Program-made: the position numbers and the translations under genes | Source of the DNA: Candidatus Electrothrix yaqonensis | GTDB lineage: Bacteria; Desulfobacterota; Desulfobulbia; Desulfobulbales; Desulfobulbaceae | NCBI GenBank assembly: GCA_047651235.1 | Contig: CP178758.1 | Coordinates: 60,001-92,000, forward strand | Direction: 5' to 3' | Length of the DNA: 32,000 nt | The notes under the pieces: generated by a model | Seen by the model: the letters and a program-made list of their open reading frames with translations, nothing else | What the model was told of the DNA's origin: nothing | Databases searched by the model: none | Shown: one piece after another, positions 1 to 9,342 of the stretch | How the letters are laid out: each line of letters opens with the position of its first letter | How positions within the stretch are numbered: position 1 is the first letter of the stretch

Positions 1-1
1 A

Positions 2-532
2 GACAGAACCAAGGATAAAATCCGGCAGTTGTCCCGGACAGACCAGCTGACCGGTCTGTGGAACATGAAGATGCTGCTGATTTTCATGCAGCGGGAATAT
101 CAGCGGATCCTTGCCAAGACCGGAAAATTTTCTGTTTTAATGATTGATGCCGACAGCCTCAAAGCGGTCAATGATGCCTACGGCCATCATGCCGGGACCA
201 TGCTGATCGTTTTTATCTCTGAGACCATGCGTACAGAGCTGCGGGAGGAGGATATGCTGGCCAGATTCGGGGGTGATGAGTTCGTGGCCTTTCTCCCTGA
301 CACTGACTGTCAGAAAGCCTGGAAAATTGCTGAAAAAATGCGGCTCAAGATAGCGGAAGCACCGCTGAACTATGAAGGACACCCGGTCAGCATAACCGTG
401 AGCTGCGGTATCGCCTGCTTCCCGCAGCATGGCCGGAACCTGACCCAGATTATGAAAATGGCGGATAAAGCACTGTACACCAGCAAGGGATACGGAAAAA
501 ACCGCTGCACCATTTATGAGCCGACGGAATAA
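2..532 (+). CDS. GGDEF-domain diguanylate cyclase, 5' end outside the window
   Basis: The frame is open from base 2 (DRTKDKIRQL precedes the listed ttg at 29). It has the DQLTGLWN domain start, the RFGGDEF active-site motif, and REED (RxxD I-site) five residues upstream of GGDEF. Stop at 530-532. Confidence 0.9.
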   Translation, partial: DRTKDKIRQLSRTDQLTGLWNMKMLLIFMQREYQRILAKTGKFSVLMIDADSLKAVNDAYGHHAGTMLIVFISETMRTELREEDMLARFGGDEFVAFLPDTDCQKAWKIAEKMRLKIAEAPLNYEGHPVSITVSCGIACFPQHGRNLTQIMKMADKALYTSKGYGKNRCTIYEPTE

Positions 533-556
533 TATATGAAAATTGTTTTGAAAAAA

Positions 557-1693
557 TCACGCATTAATGAATATTCTGGGAACCCGTGCGCTGATATTGG
601 TCAGTACCTCGTAACTGATTGTTCCAAGCTGTTCAGCAAGATCATCCGCAGTGATCTGCTCTTCTCCCTGCCGACCGATGAGCACGGCCTCATCCCCGTT
701 ATACGCTTCTCCATCACCGATGCAGATCATGACCTGATCCATGCATACCGTACCGACAACCGGATATCTCCTGCCGTGCAGCAGCACGTGACCTTTATTG
801 GATAACCCGCGCGGGTAGCCGTCACCGTAGCCGACCGGCAGGGTAACAACTCTGCAGTTACGGGGTGCTGTCCAGGTTCTGCCGTATCCCACGGAATTTC
901 CCTCCAGTACGACTTTAAAGTACATTACCTTTGCCCGAAAAGACAAAGCAGGCAGCAGGTGCGCTGCTGATGCGGAGTATCTGGAAGGGTGATAGCCGTA
1001 GAGCATGATGCCCGGTCTGACCATATCCAGATGACTTTCTTTCATCCGGAGAATTGCTGCGGAATTGGCAATCTGCAGCAGCGGTTTGGGGATTTGGTGC
1101 TGATCGTAGAAATGGACGGCCTCAAAGAAGCGTTCCAGCTGCAGCCGGGAAAAATGGAGGTATTCACTGTCGGCTGCTGCAAAATGGGAAAAAATCGAGA
1201 CCACATGGACATATTTTTCCGCTTTTGCGGCGGCGGCAAAGAGTTTATGGGCGTTTGCAGAGCGGATTCCTATCCGCATCATACCGGTATCAATTTTCAG
1301 ATGGATATTGACCTTTTTTTTATAAAACGAGGCAGCTTCAGAGATATACTGCAGGGCATCAAGCGAAGAAACAGTCAGATCGATATTGTTTTCTATGAAC
1401 AATCCTATCTGGAATTTTGAAAAAGGCCCGGACGTGATGATGGGCGTCGTAATCCCTGCTTTTCTCAGCTCCAATGCCTCCTCAACAAAGGCGGTGCCCA
1501 GATAATCCACTCCTTCTGCAGCCAGAAAAGCGCCGACCCGGACAAGACCGTGCCCGTAGGCATTGGCTTTGATCATAGCGACAATTTTCCTGCCCGGCGC
1601 TTTTTCCCTGACAATCCGGAGGTTATGGCGCATACAGTCCAGATCGATCACAACAGCGGAACGATGATATAAATTTCCAATGGTCGGGTGCAT
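557..1693 (-). CDS. alr: alanine racemase
   Basis: It has the PLP-lysine motif AMIKANAYGHG and the conserved C-terminus YEVLTNISARVPRIF. I place the start at the ATG at 1693 (MHPTIGNLYHRSAVVIDL, 378 aa), not the longer track ORF to 1825, whose extra 44 aa look non-coding. Confidence 0.9.
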   Translation of the reverse strand: MHPTIGNLYHRSAVVIDLDCMRHNLRIVREKAPGRKIVAMIKANAYGHGLVRVGAFLAAEGVDYLGTAFVEEALELRKAGITTPIITSGPFSKFQIGLFIENNIDLTVSSLDALQYISEAASFYKKKVNIHLKIDTGMMRIGIRSANAHKLFAAAAKAEKYVHVVSIFSHFAAADSEYLHFSRLQLERFFEAVHFYDQHQIPKPLLQIANSAAILRMKESHLDMVRPGIMLYGYHPSRYSASAAHLLPALSFRAKVMYFKVVLEGNSVGYGRTWTAPRNCRVVTLPVGYGDGYPRGLSNKGHVLLHGRRYPVVGTVCMDQVMICIGDGEAYNGDEAVLIGRQGEEQITADDLAEQLGTISYEVLTNISARVPRIFINA

Positions 1694-1851
1694 AGTGTTT
1701 TTGGATTTTTTGTTCAGAAGAACGCTCTGAGTAAGGCCCTTGCACTTTGGCGGATCAGGGGTGAAGCAGGGGGAAAGGCAAATGCGTTGTCTTTTCCCTG
1801 TTACGATGGTACGTTCACGAAGCACCTTTTTAAGAAGAGCAAGGAGAACCT

Positions 1852-2469
1852 ATGGAAACCGTCATAACCTACGGCATTGTTTATCTGCTGGTCTTCAGGC
1901 TGGCCGTGCTTCTGCTGGGCGGCTTATGTATCTTTTACGGCTACCGTCTCTTTCTGGTCAGAGGGCGGGAGTCAGGTAGCGGCCCTGAACAGGGCAGTGA
2001 AATGCACGGCAAGATCGGCACCAGTGAGTTGACAATTAAGAGCACTGCACCGGGCATCTTTTTTTCCGCATTCGGTGCAGCCATCGTTATTGCGGTACTG
2101 GCCGGGAGTCAGCCGGATGTCAAATATGACGAAAAGCAGAGCAGTACGCAGACCGGGGAGACCGTTCAGCAGCGCAGTACCGCCTTGCGCAGTCTCCCGC
2201 CAGCTGATGCAACGCAGCCGGATGCGGGCACAGCAGACTACAACAGCGTTGTCCGTGATATTCCCGAAGCCATTGACCGACTCAGGACAGCAGTCAGCAT
2301 GGCCCCGGACAACCCGGATTACCGTGACCTGCTGGCCCGGCTCCTCTTTGCCTGGGGCAAGGTGAAAGAGGCAGTGGCAGAGCAGCAACGGGCTGTGGAG
2401 CTGGTTGATACGGCACGCAGGGAGGAATTCCAGGCCCGGCTGAATCTGTATCAGCAGGGCGGAATGTAG
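1852..2469 (+). CDS. hypothetical membrane protein with a TPR-like C-terminal region
   Basis: There are two hydrophobic helices (IVYLLVFRLAVLLLGGLCIFYGY and GIFFSAFGAAIVIAVLAG). The C-terminus PDNPDYRDLLARLLFAWGKVKEAVAEQQRAVEL resembles a TPR helix pair. A strong intrinsic terminator follows. Confidence 0.6.
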   Translation: METVITYGIVYLLVFRLAVLLLGGLCIFYGYRLFLVRGRESGSGPEQGSEMHGKIGTSELTIKSTAPGIFFSAFGAAIVIAVLAGSQPDVKYDEKQSSTQTGETVQQRSTALRSLPPADATQPDAGTADYNSVVRDIPEAIDRLRTAVSMAPDNPDYRDLLARLLFAWGKVKEAVAEQQRAVELVDTARREEFQARLNLYQQGGM

Positions 2470-2497
2470 GGGCGAACCTATGTGTTCGCCCTTTTTT
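2470..2497 (+). terminator. rho-independent terminator after the 205-aa gene
   Basis: An 8-bp GC-rich stem gggcgaac (2470-2477) pairs with gttcgccc (2484-2491), with the 6-nt loop ctatgt, followed by T6 at 2492-2497. A second hairpin gggcagac/gtctgccc (2503-2524) sits between this terminator and the convergent gene. Confidence 0.75.
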
Positions 2498-2531
2498 ATA
2501 CCGGGCAGACACGCAGGTCTGCCCCTACAAA

Positions 2532-5486
2532 TCACGGTAGAAACACCACCGGGAAGTCAGGCACGTTCTCCGGGATAACCACTGCCGGAGTCTGCTGATG
2601 GTCGGTTAGCTCCGGCACCCGATGGGCGAGATAGGTATTAATCTCTGAGAGACGAACAGCCTTGTCCTGCACATAGTCGGCATCACCTTGCATGGCTTCA
2701 AGCAGGGCCAGAGTAAAGGCCCCGTGTTTCCACGCATCCCGCTCCTGCGCTGTCTGGTTGCCGGTGGTGGCGGAGAGCACCACTACCCCGTTCTCTGTCG
2801 CGCTCAGGTCGTTGATGATCTTAGTGATGTCCACTGTGTCGTTGCCACGTATCCCTGCCGCCTTGCCGGAATAGCAGGTATCAACAAAGAACAGGGCCTT
2901 GCCACGCAGCCGGGCCACTGTTCTGCGGATGGCATCGTAGGATACTGCGGAGCTGGTATAGCGCCACGGCTTAAAATCCTTGGGCAGAAAGTAGTAGTCG
3001 CCATGCGAGTCCAGCTTGCCGTGCCCGGCCAGAAAGACCATTGCCACGTCGTTGTCCGTGGTCTGCTGATCAATCCACTCCAGCCCTTGCAGTACCGCAT
3101 CCTGATCTGCCTGCTCATTGGTGCGCAACCGGGTCTTAACCTCACGGTAGAGCTTGCCCGGCCCGGCCTGCTGCTTCATCAGAGTAACAAAGGCCCGTGC
3201 ATCTGCACTGGCATACTGGAGATACCTCTTGTCCGTCATCTTGCCTTTGTCATCCACCACAAAGTTGATTGCCGGCGCATCATAGTCATCCACGCCCACA
3301 GCCAGCAGGTAGAGCACCGGCTTGAGGGCATCCTTGCCGCCCAGCCAGCGCAGACGGATTGTTGATGTCTTGTCCGTGGACACGGCCTGCCCGTTGTCAG
3401 CAAGCAGGCTGAGGGTCATGTCCTTGGCAGGCAGGGTCACGTCCAGACTGCCTTCCCATTCCGCATCCCTGCGCCGCTCCACTGTGGCCCGATGGCGGGG
3501 CCGGTTGTCAACCATGACTTGCAGGGCCGTGATTGGTGGGCCGCCGTGCGTGCGCACCCGGTAACGCAGAGTCAGGGTGGGGCTGCGGAAGCTGCTGTTG
3601 TTAGCCGGGGCGAGCAGCTCAATAACAGGGGGTTGGGCGTATTGAAACGGCGTGGTAACCTGCCTGCTGCTCCGCCCTCTTGCCGCATCAGCACGGGCCA
3701 CGGCCTTGTCTTGGTCCAGGGTCTCCAGCACCTTGGCGACCACATCCGGGCGGTAAAAGTGTTCGCGGAACTGGGCAGCCGGGAAGAAGTCGGCCAGCCG
3801 GTCTTTGCCGTTGTTGACCTGCCAGCCGATCAGGCTGTCCCCGCCCGGACTGCTGTCGTACCAACCCTTCGGAGTCCAGGCCACCCAATGCTCTGCGTCC
3901 CAGGTGTCCCTCTCCCTGTTGACAGAGACAAACAGGGAAAGCAACGGCTCACCATCGCTGAGGCGGTACCAGCGGATAGTGCCGTCCGCAAAGGCGACCA
4001 CTGCCAACTTCCCATCTCCGCTGATATTCACGCCCCAAGCCGTACCCGGCACCTGCTGCTGCCAGACCTCCCTGCCCTGGCGGTCAAAGTAGCGCAGCGA
4101 CCAGTTCGTGCCAAGGAGGAAATGCTGCTTGTCCGGGGCAATGGCCAGGCTGCGGGAGCGTTCGTAGTCCTCTAAGGCCAGCGGTTTGCCTTTGAGGGTG
4201 GGATTATATTCGTTCTTCCAATCCTCAATCTTCAGACCGGGGGCCGTAATGCGCGGAGTGTGCAGAGGATTATTGAGACTGCCTTCGCATTCGCCCTTGC
4301 GGAGCTGCCGTTGACTCAGGTCAAAGCAGACCGGCTCATTGCCCCATACCTTCAAACCAAAGCTGACCTGCCTACCGTCTGCGCTGACTTGAAACTTGTC
4401 ATAGTGAGCGCGCAAGTCCGGGAGATTGGGCCGCAGGTCAAAGAGCTTTCCGCCTTGGCTGTCATAGCGGAGCAGGGCCGGATCAAAGGTACCGACCAGC
4501 AGGCTGCCGTCGGCAAGGGGCTTGAGGTCCATCACCGCATTGTCAGAGGCCCGCCAACTCGTGCGTTGACCACGCCCCTTATTCGCCCAGCGAAACACGG
4601 GACAGGTGCTGCCATCATAATACCTTCCCCCGGCAAAGAGGAAGCTGCCGTCCGCAGACCAAGTGACAATGGAAATACTGCCGTTATCGATGCCCTCTGT
4701 GTCTACGGCATAGAGCTGAGTGAGCTGCCGGGCATCCAGCACCGAGACTGCGGTGCTATCCTGAAAGCCGATGGCAAGCCGGTCGCCTGTGGGATGAAAG
4801 GCGACCGCAAAGGGTTCCTTGCCGCCTTGGGTGGCTGCCTGCTGCTCCTTGCGAAAGGAGGCTGTGTTCATCCGACCCTCCACGCTATAGCGGCGGATCT
4901 GGCCGTCATCGCAGGTAGTAACCAGACTGCGGCTGTCCGGGCTGAAGGTGCAGCCGTAGCTGGAATCGCCGTAGTCATGGTCAGTAAAGGCAGAATTAAA
5001 CCCCTTTCGGCTATCGTACACCCGCAGCCCTGCTCGCCCGACCATAGCAGCTAAGTAGCGTCCGTCTGGAGAGACGCAGAGATGGCTGATAGCATCCCCC
5101 AGCCCTTCAATGCGCTGGCGCATCTGGCCCGTGGCCCGGTCAAGGATGTAGATGGAATCATCCCAATCCCATCCTCCCGTTGCCAGCCAGTCCCCTGCCG
5201 GGTCCATAGCCACGGCATAGAGCTTGCCCTCATTACCCGGCCCGCTGGGCAGGCGAAAGGTGCGGAGCAGGCTGCCGTCCTTAGCATCCCACAGGCGCAG
5301 GGTCTTGTCCTCCGAGGCTGAGGCGAGCCAACGGCCTTGGGCATCCGTGGCAATGCGGTTGAGCATGGCAGTGTGGAAGCCGGTTTCCAGGCGCAGCATG
5401 GGCGCGGTGGATGGTTCGCTGGCTTGGGTGGTTGCAGTTACAGCGGCCAGCAGCAGGGGCAGCAACACGGCAAGAAGGTATTTCAT
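2532..5486 (-). CDS. secreted WD40-repeat (beta-propeller) protein with a C-terminal caspase-like peptidase C14 domain
   Basis: The N-terminal signal peptide is MKYLLAVLLPLLLAAVTATTQA. Repeated WD-type units are present (SASEDKTLRLWDAKDG, ADGTIRWYRLSDG). The C-terminal domain carries the caspase dyad motifs VFLAGHGK (His) and FFVDTCYSGK (Cys). GGAGA lies 7 nt upstream of the ATG. Confidence 0.85.
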   Translation of the reverse strand: MKYLLAVLLPLLLAAVTATTQASEPSTAPMLRLETGFHTAMLNRIATDAQGRWLASASEDKTLRLWDAKDGSLLRTFRLPSGPGNEGKLYAVAMDPAGDWLATGGWDWDDSIYILDRATGQMRQRIEGLGDAISHLCVSPDGRYLAAMVGRAGLRVYDSRKGFNSAFTDHDYGDSSYGCTFSPDSRSLVTTCDDGQIRRYSVEGRMNTASFRKEQQAATQGGKEPFAVAFHPTGDRLAIGFQDSTAVSVLDARQLTQLYAVDTEGIDNGSISIVTWSADGSFLFAGGRYYDGSTCPVFRWANKGRGQRTSWRASDNAVMDLKPLADGSLLVGTFDPALLRYDSQGGKLFDLRPNLPDLRAHYDKFQVSADGRQVSFGLKVWGNEPVCFDLSQRQLRKGECEGSLNNPLHTPRITAPGLKIEDWKNEYNPTLKGKPLALEDYERSRSLAIAPDKQHFLLGTNWSLRYFDRQGREVWQQQVPGTAWGVNISGDGKLAVVAFADGTIRWYRLSDGEPLLSLFVSVNRERDTWDAEHWVAWTPKGWYDSSPGGDSLIGWQVNNGKDRLADFFPAAQFREHFYRPDVVAKVLETLDQDKAVARADAARGRSSRQVTTPFQYAQPPVIELLAPANNSSFRSPTLTLRYRVRTHGGPPITALQVMVDNRPRHRATVERRRDAEWEGSLDVTLPAKDMTLSLLADNGQAVSTDKTSTIRLRWLGGKDALKPVLYLLAVGVDDYDAPAINFVVDDKGKMTDKRYLQYASADARAFVTLMKQQAGPGKLYREVKTRLRTNEQADQDAVLQGLEWIDQQTTDNDVAMVFLAGHGKLDSHGDYYFLPKDFKPWRYTSSAVSYDAIRRTVARLRGKALFFVDTCYSGKAAGIRGNDTVDITKIINDLSATENGVVVLSATTGNQTAQERDAWKHGAFTLALLEAMQGDADYVQDKAVRLSEINTYLAHRVPELTDHQQTPAVVIPENVPDFPVVFLP

Positions 5487-5683
5487 GGCATGGTCTCCGG
5501 TAGATGCGGTTCGCGAACCGCCCCTGCGTCAGGAGTTAATCCTCAAGGCAATGATGCGTTCCGGCCCCTGTCGGGGCAGCACGGAAACAGACCGGTTCCA
5601 TTTTATCCCGGCGGGCAGGAAAAGTAAAGGCCCGCTCATTGCGCTCATTCACATTGATCGGGCACCTAATGGAATGTCTCTTT

Positions 5684-5998
5684 CTACCATTTGCTCAGTC
5701 TGATTCCTTCCACTGCCGAAAAATGCACATCACGACTCACCAAGGTCAGGTCGTGCTGCAGGGCAGTCGCCGCAATCCAGATATCATTCTCAGGAATCGG
5801 CCGCCCTTTCCGCCGAAGATTATTCTTCACTTCACCATAGAGCCGGGCGGTCTCCGTATCACAGCTCAGGACTGCATTGTCTGCAGCAAACTCTTCTATC
5901 CGCAGACAATTTTCCTCTGGCCGGCCCGACTTTTTCGCACCGTAAAAAAGCTCCCCGATGACTGCGGCAGGAATAAAAACCTCCTCTGCTGTTACCAT
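5684..5998 (-). CDS. PIN-domain (VapC-like) protein that is N-terminally short
   Basis: The sequence GELFYGAKKSGRPEEN...IPENDIWIAATALQHDLTLVSRDVHF matches the central and C-terminal PIN/VapC pattern. Its ATG lies inside GAATGGTAA, overlapping the stop of the upstream small ORF. Only 104 aa are present, and the usual N-terminal strand with the first catalytic Asp is missing. Confidence 0.75.
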   Translation of the reverse strand: MVTAEEVFIPAAVIGELFYGAKKSGRPEENCLRIEEFAADNAVLSCDTETARLYGEVKNNLRRKGRPIPENDIWIAATALQHDLTLVSRDVHFSAVEGIRLSKW

Positions 5999-6219
5999 TC
6001 ATCGGCATTTATCTGTCCACAGTCCCGTTCAATTACCTCGCTCATTGTCTGCAGGTCATCCGGCGGAATAGCCTCTGCATACTTCAGCAGACGTTTACCC
6101 GGTCTGCCGCGTTTGCCGGACGAAATCAGCTCCTTGATGAAGAGCAGCACTCTTTCCTGCATCCTGTAAGGGAGGTGTGTCATCTGTTCGGCGGCTTCTG
6201 CGATTAATTCACCGTTCAT
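5992..6219 (-). CDS. putative antitoxin partner of the PIN protein
   Basis: This small acidic ORF overlaps the PIN gene start by 7 nt. GGAGA (6226-6230, reverse strand) sits 6 nt upstream of the ATG at 6219, so I prefer that ATG to the GTG at 6225. The C-terminus IERDCGQINADEW resembles antitoxins paired with PIN toxins. Confidence 0.6.
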   Translation of the reverse strand: MNGELIAEAAEQMTHLPYRMQERVLLFIKELISSGKRGRPGKRLLKYAEAIPPDDLQTMSEVIERDCGQINADEW

Positions 6220-6326
6220 TTTCACTCTCCGTATTCCAGTTTTCTTTTTGTTTCCTTTTTCTTCTCTTCATGATACAGGATCGTTTCCCAATTCCGCACA
6301 GAAAATCTAAAGAAAGATAAATCTTC

Positions 6327-7376
6327 TCACTCAAACAGATTTGCCTGCTGGGTAAAGCCGCCCGGCACCGGCCTGCCGAAATGCTCATACACCGCAGCCG
6401 TGGCCATGCGACCGCGCGGGGTGCGCATCAGGAAGCCGGACTGGATCAGGAAGGGTTCGTAGACATCCTCCAGAGTGGTTTTTTCTTCGCAGACTGCCGT
6501 GGCCAGGGTATCCAGGCCAATGGGGCCGCCCTGAAATTTATCAATCAAGGTGAGGAGGATCCGACGGTCCATCTCATCCAGACCGAAGCGATCCACAGCC
6601 AGCATGTTTAGGGCATGGTCAGCCACCTCGGCGGTGATTGCGGCATGCCCCCCGACCTCGGAAAAATCGCGTACCCGGCGGAGCAGACGGTTGGCGATGC
6701 GCGGCGTGCCCCGTGAGCGGCGGCCGATCTCCAGGGCCCCGTCTTTTTCGATGCCGATGCCCAGCACCTGGGCTGAGCGCCGGACAATGGTGACCAGTTC
6801 TTCGGGCGAGTAGAATTCTAGGCGGAGCAGGACGCCGAAGCGGTCGCGCAGAGGCGGGGTGAGCAGGCCGGTGCGGGTGGTGGCCCCGACCAGAGTGAAG
6901 CGGGGCAGATCGATCTTGACCGAGCGGGCGCCCGGCCCCTGACCGATGACCAGATCGAGCTGATAATCCTCCATTGCCGGATAGAGGATTTCCTCCACCG
7001 CATGGTTAAGGCGGTGGATCTCGTCGATAAAGAGCACATCTCCGGCCTGCAGACTGGTGAGAATGGCAGCCAGATCACCGGAGCGCTCAATCACCGGGCC
7101 GGAGGTCGTCTTGATGCCTGCGCCCATTTCATTGGCAATAATATAGGCCAGAGTGGTCTTGCCCAGCCCGGGAAAACCGTGGAACAGGACATGATCCAAG
7201 GCCTCGCTGCGCTGGCGGGCCGCCTGAATGAACACCTTCAGGCTCTGCTTCACCTGCTCCTGGCCGATGTATTCGTCCAGCCGCTGCGGTCGCAGGCTGA
7301 CATCCGGTTGGACATCATCAACCTGTTTCTCACCTTCAACAATGCGTTTTCCGGTGAGATCCTCCTCGAAATTCAT
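6327..7376 (-). CDS. ruvB: Holliday junction branch migration helicase RuvB
   Basis: It has Walker [12 protein letters not shown], Walker [11 protein letters not shown] and RuvB-like sequence throughout. I place the start at the ATG at 7376 ([10 protein letters not shown]), with GAGGTG at 7383-7388 (reverse strand) 6 nt upstream. The track's GTG at 7385 lies inside that RBS. Confidence 0.95.
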   Translation of the reverse strand: MNFEEDLTGKRIVEGEKQVDDVQPDVSLRPQRLDEYIGQEQVKQSLKVFIQAARQRSEALDHVLFHGFPGLGKTTLAYIIANEMGAGIKTTSGPVIERSGDLAAILTSLQAGDVLFIDEIHRLNHAVEEILYPAMEDYQLDLVIGQGPGARSVKIDLPRFTLVGATTRTGLLTPPLRDRFGVLLRLEFYSPEELVTIVRRSAQVLGIGIEKDGALEIGRRSRGTPRIANRLLRRVRDFSEVGGHAAITAEVADHALNMLAVDRFGLDEMDRRILLTLIDKFQGGPIGLDTLATAVCEEKTTLEDVYEPFLIQSGFLMRTPRGRMATAAVYEHFGRPVPGGFTQQANLFE

Positions 7377-7381
7377 GCCGG
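7358..7381. repeat. copy A of a 24-bp direct repeat (ruvB start-codon region)
   Basis: The sequence gatcctcctcgaaattcatgccgg matches 8595-8618 at 23 of 24 positions. Confidence 0.9.
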
Positions 7382-7449
7382 GCACCTCAGTCTTTCATGG
7401 CCTTTCATGGGCGTCTGCTGTAAAAACAGTCTGGAAAATTCCCTGCGTA

Positions 7450-8538
7450 TCATTCAGATAGGCCATAGGATGCCAGGATCTCCTGCCATTCAGGACTTTC
7501 AAGCTCTTTGAGAAGAGCAATATTGATTTCTTCCAGCAAACGGGAATTGCGCGGGGCACTGAAGCTGTAATAATCATTGCCGAACCTTTGGTCATGCAGC
7601 CGAATTTTATTGTCCAACTTCTTCTCCTGAAGAAGATACTTGAGAATGGGCTCATCATAGACAAAGATATCATTTTTTTTAGAGGTCAGTGCTGCGAGCC
7701 CTTCTTCCAGAGTTTTGAAAGCTCTAAAACCAACGTTATGATTGCGTAAGAATTCTGCACTGCTGCTTTTCTTGACTGTCCCTATACGGAACCTTTTCAA
7801 ATCATCAACGGTCTCAATCTGTAAGCCGATTTTATTCACCGTCAGAGTCGCAGCGATATTTGCGGTAAACCCGGAAATAATAATCACAGCCGTAAACATC
7901 CAGATGATCCCGATCAGCCGGCCCAACAGGGTGCGCGGGGACTTGTCTCCATAACCGACCGTTGTCATGGTCACCGCAGACCACCAGATACCATGCCCCA
8001 AGCCTTTGAACCCGGTGCCGAACTCATCATTCTGTCTTTTTTCCGCCAGCCACACCAGGAAGCCGAAGATGAAGATCACGATGAACAGCAGGCCGATTGC
8101 CTCTAAAAAACCAATAGAAAAAAAATTGCTCAGAAAAGCATAGATAGAATTCTCCCGGTCCGCATCCACTGCCAAGGCCAGGCTTGCAACGTAAAAGGGG
8201 TGGGTGAAATCCATTTTTTCCTCCCGTTCACTGGTGATGGAAAACGGATTAATGGACAAATCAACCCGACCTCTTTCAGTGGCTTTCAACAGTTCAAGGA
8301 AATTATACTCTTTATATTCGTAGGGAATATCCAACTGTTCTGCTATCCTCTCCCACAAATCAATGGACAGACCTGTATACCCGCTCTCTGACCTTTCCGA
8401 CTTCATGATAAAGGGCGGAGTGATTTTGACGCCGATGATCAAAGGGGATTCCACAGATTCAGATTCCGCAGGTTCGGTTTGCGCCTGAGCAGTGACTGAG
8501 CCCAGCAGGACAAGGAAAAGGATCAGGAGTTGTTTCAT
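7450..8538 (-). CDS. GluR0-type ligand-gated potassium channel (a periplasmic binding domain split by a K+ channel pore)
   Basis: It has a signal peptide, then an S1 lobe, then M1 (FLEAIGLLFIVIFIFGFLVWL), then a pore helix with the K+ selectivity filter TMTTVGYGD, then M2, then an S2 lobe. This is the prokaryotic ionotropic glutamate receptor architecture. Confidence 0.85.
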   Translation of the reverse strand: MKQLLILFLVLLGSVTAQAQTEPAESESVESPLIIGVKITPPFIMKSERSESGYTGLSIDLWERIAEQLDIPYEYKEYNFLELLKATERGRVDLSINPFSITSEREEKMDFTHPFYVASLALAVDADRENSIYAFLSNFFSIGFLEAIGLLFIVIFIFGFLVWLAEKRQNDEFGTGFKGLGHGIWWSAVTMTTVGYGDKSPRTLLGRLIGIIWMFTAVIIISGFTANIAATLTVNKIGLQIETVDDLKRFRIGTVKKSSSAEFLRNHNVGFRAFKTLEEGLAALTSKKNDIFVYDEPILKYLLQEKKLDNKIRLHDQRFGNDYYSFSAPRNSRLLEEINIALLKELESPEWQEILASYGLSE

Positions 8539-8594
8539 ACTCTTCTGCCTCTGTTAAAAATAATAATAATTATACTGGGTATCTGTGCTGATAC

Positions 8595-8618
8595 GATCTT
8601 CCTCGAAATTCATGCCGG
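8595..8618. repeat. copy B of the 24-bp direct repeat (orphan duplicate of the ruvB start)
   Basis: The sequence is gatcttcctcgaaattcatgccgg. On the minus strand it reads ATG AAT TTC GAG GAA GAT (MNFEED) and then diverges from ruvB. Confidence 0.9.
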
Positions 8619-8890
8619 ATTTCCAGCAGGCTCCTGATTTACCTGCCTGATATCGTATGGCTCCGCCTGATGCAGCATAACCTGCTGGAAGGCAATCCGC
8701 CAACCGTGTTTATTACTTCTACTTTGTCAACCATAACCTTTTGATCTATTTGTAAAAACTTCTTGCAATATCCGGATAAAGTTGTATCTTTCATTAGGAA
8801 AATTTTATCGCTTTTTGATCAAGATAGCACCTGATAACAGCTATCAAAAAAATACCCGTCAATCGCCCTGATTATAACTTTATTCTTTTT

Positions 8891-9342
8891 ATGAACGCTC
8901 CCAGCCCCGAAAAAAGAAGTCCCCATGACAAATTCTTTGAGTTGACCGGCATCGCCCGGCAACTTACGTCTTTTCACGAAAGATATCATCTCTTTTTTAA
9001 GAGACATACAGTAAGTTTGTCAGATAAAGCATTCCAATACTTGAAAGGTTTATTCCAGTCTGACAAAAAAACATGGAACGTATGGAGGAAAAGGTTCCGG
9101 GCGTTAAATATGAGCCCCTCCAGTATTTTCTTTCCGACTCGAACTGGGATTGGCGTCCTGTAAACAACCAAGTAGCTAAAGATGCAGATAAACTTTTAGG
9201 AGGAAAGGAAGATAGCGCTCTTTTAATTGATGAATCCGGGATACCCAAAAAGGGTAAAATGTCTGTTGGGGTTTCTCGTCAATGGTGCGGGCAGCTTGGT
9301 AAAACCGACAACTGTCAAGTAGTTCTACTTTGGCGATCATAA
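8891..9342 (+). pseudogene. IS701-like transposase, N-terminal fragment, frameshifted at an A7 run
   Basis: ORFs 8891-9163 and 9073-9342 together read ...GLFQSDKK/NMERMEEKVPGVKYEPLQYFLSDSNWDW...LLIDESGIPKKG, but only if the frame shifts by -1 at A7 (9065-9071). Homology to copy 2 stops at 9322/9323. Confidence 0.8.

Noticed and set aside
536-1420. Plus-strand ORFs (89, 143 and 85 aa) opposite alr
   Set aside because: They are antisense to a confidently identified alanine racemase.
5487-5683. Plus-strand ORFs 5224-5703 and 5337-5627 spanning the intergenic region
   Set aside because: They largely overlap the 5' end of the WD40-caspase gene in antisense and have shadow-like composition.
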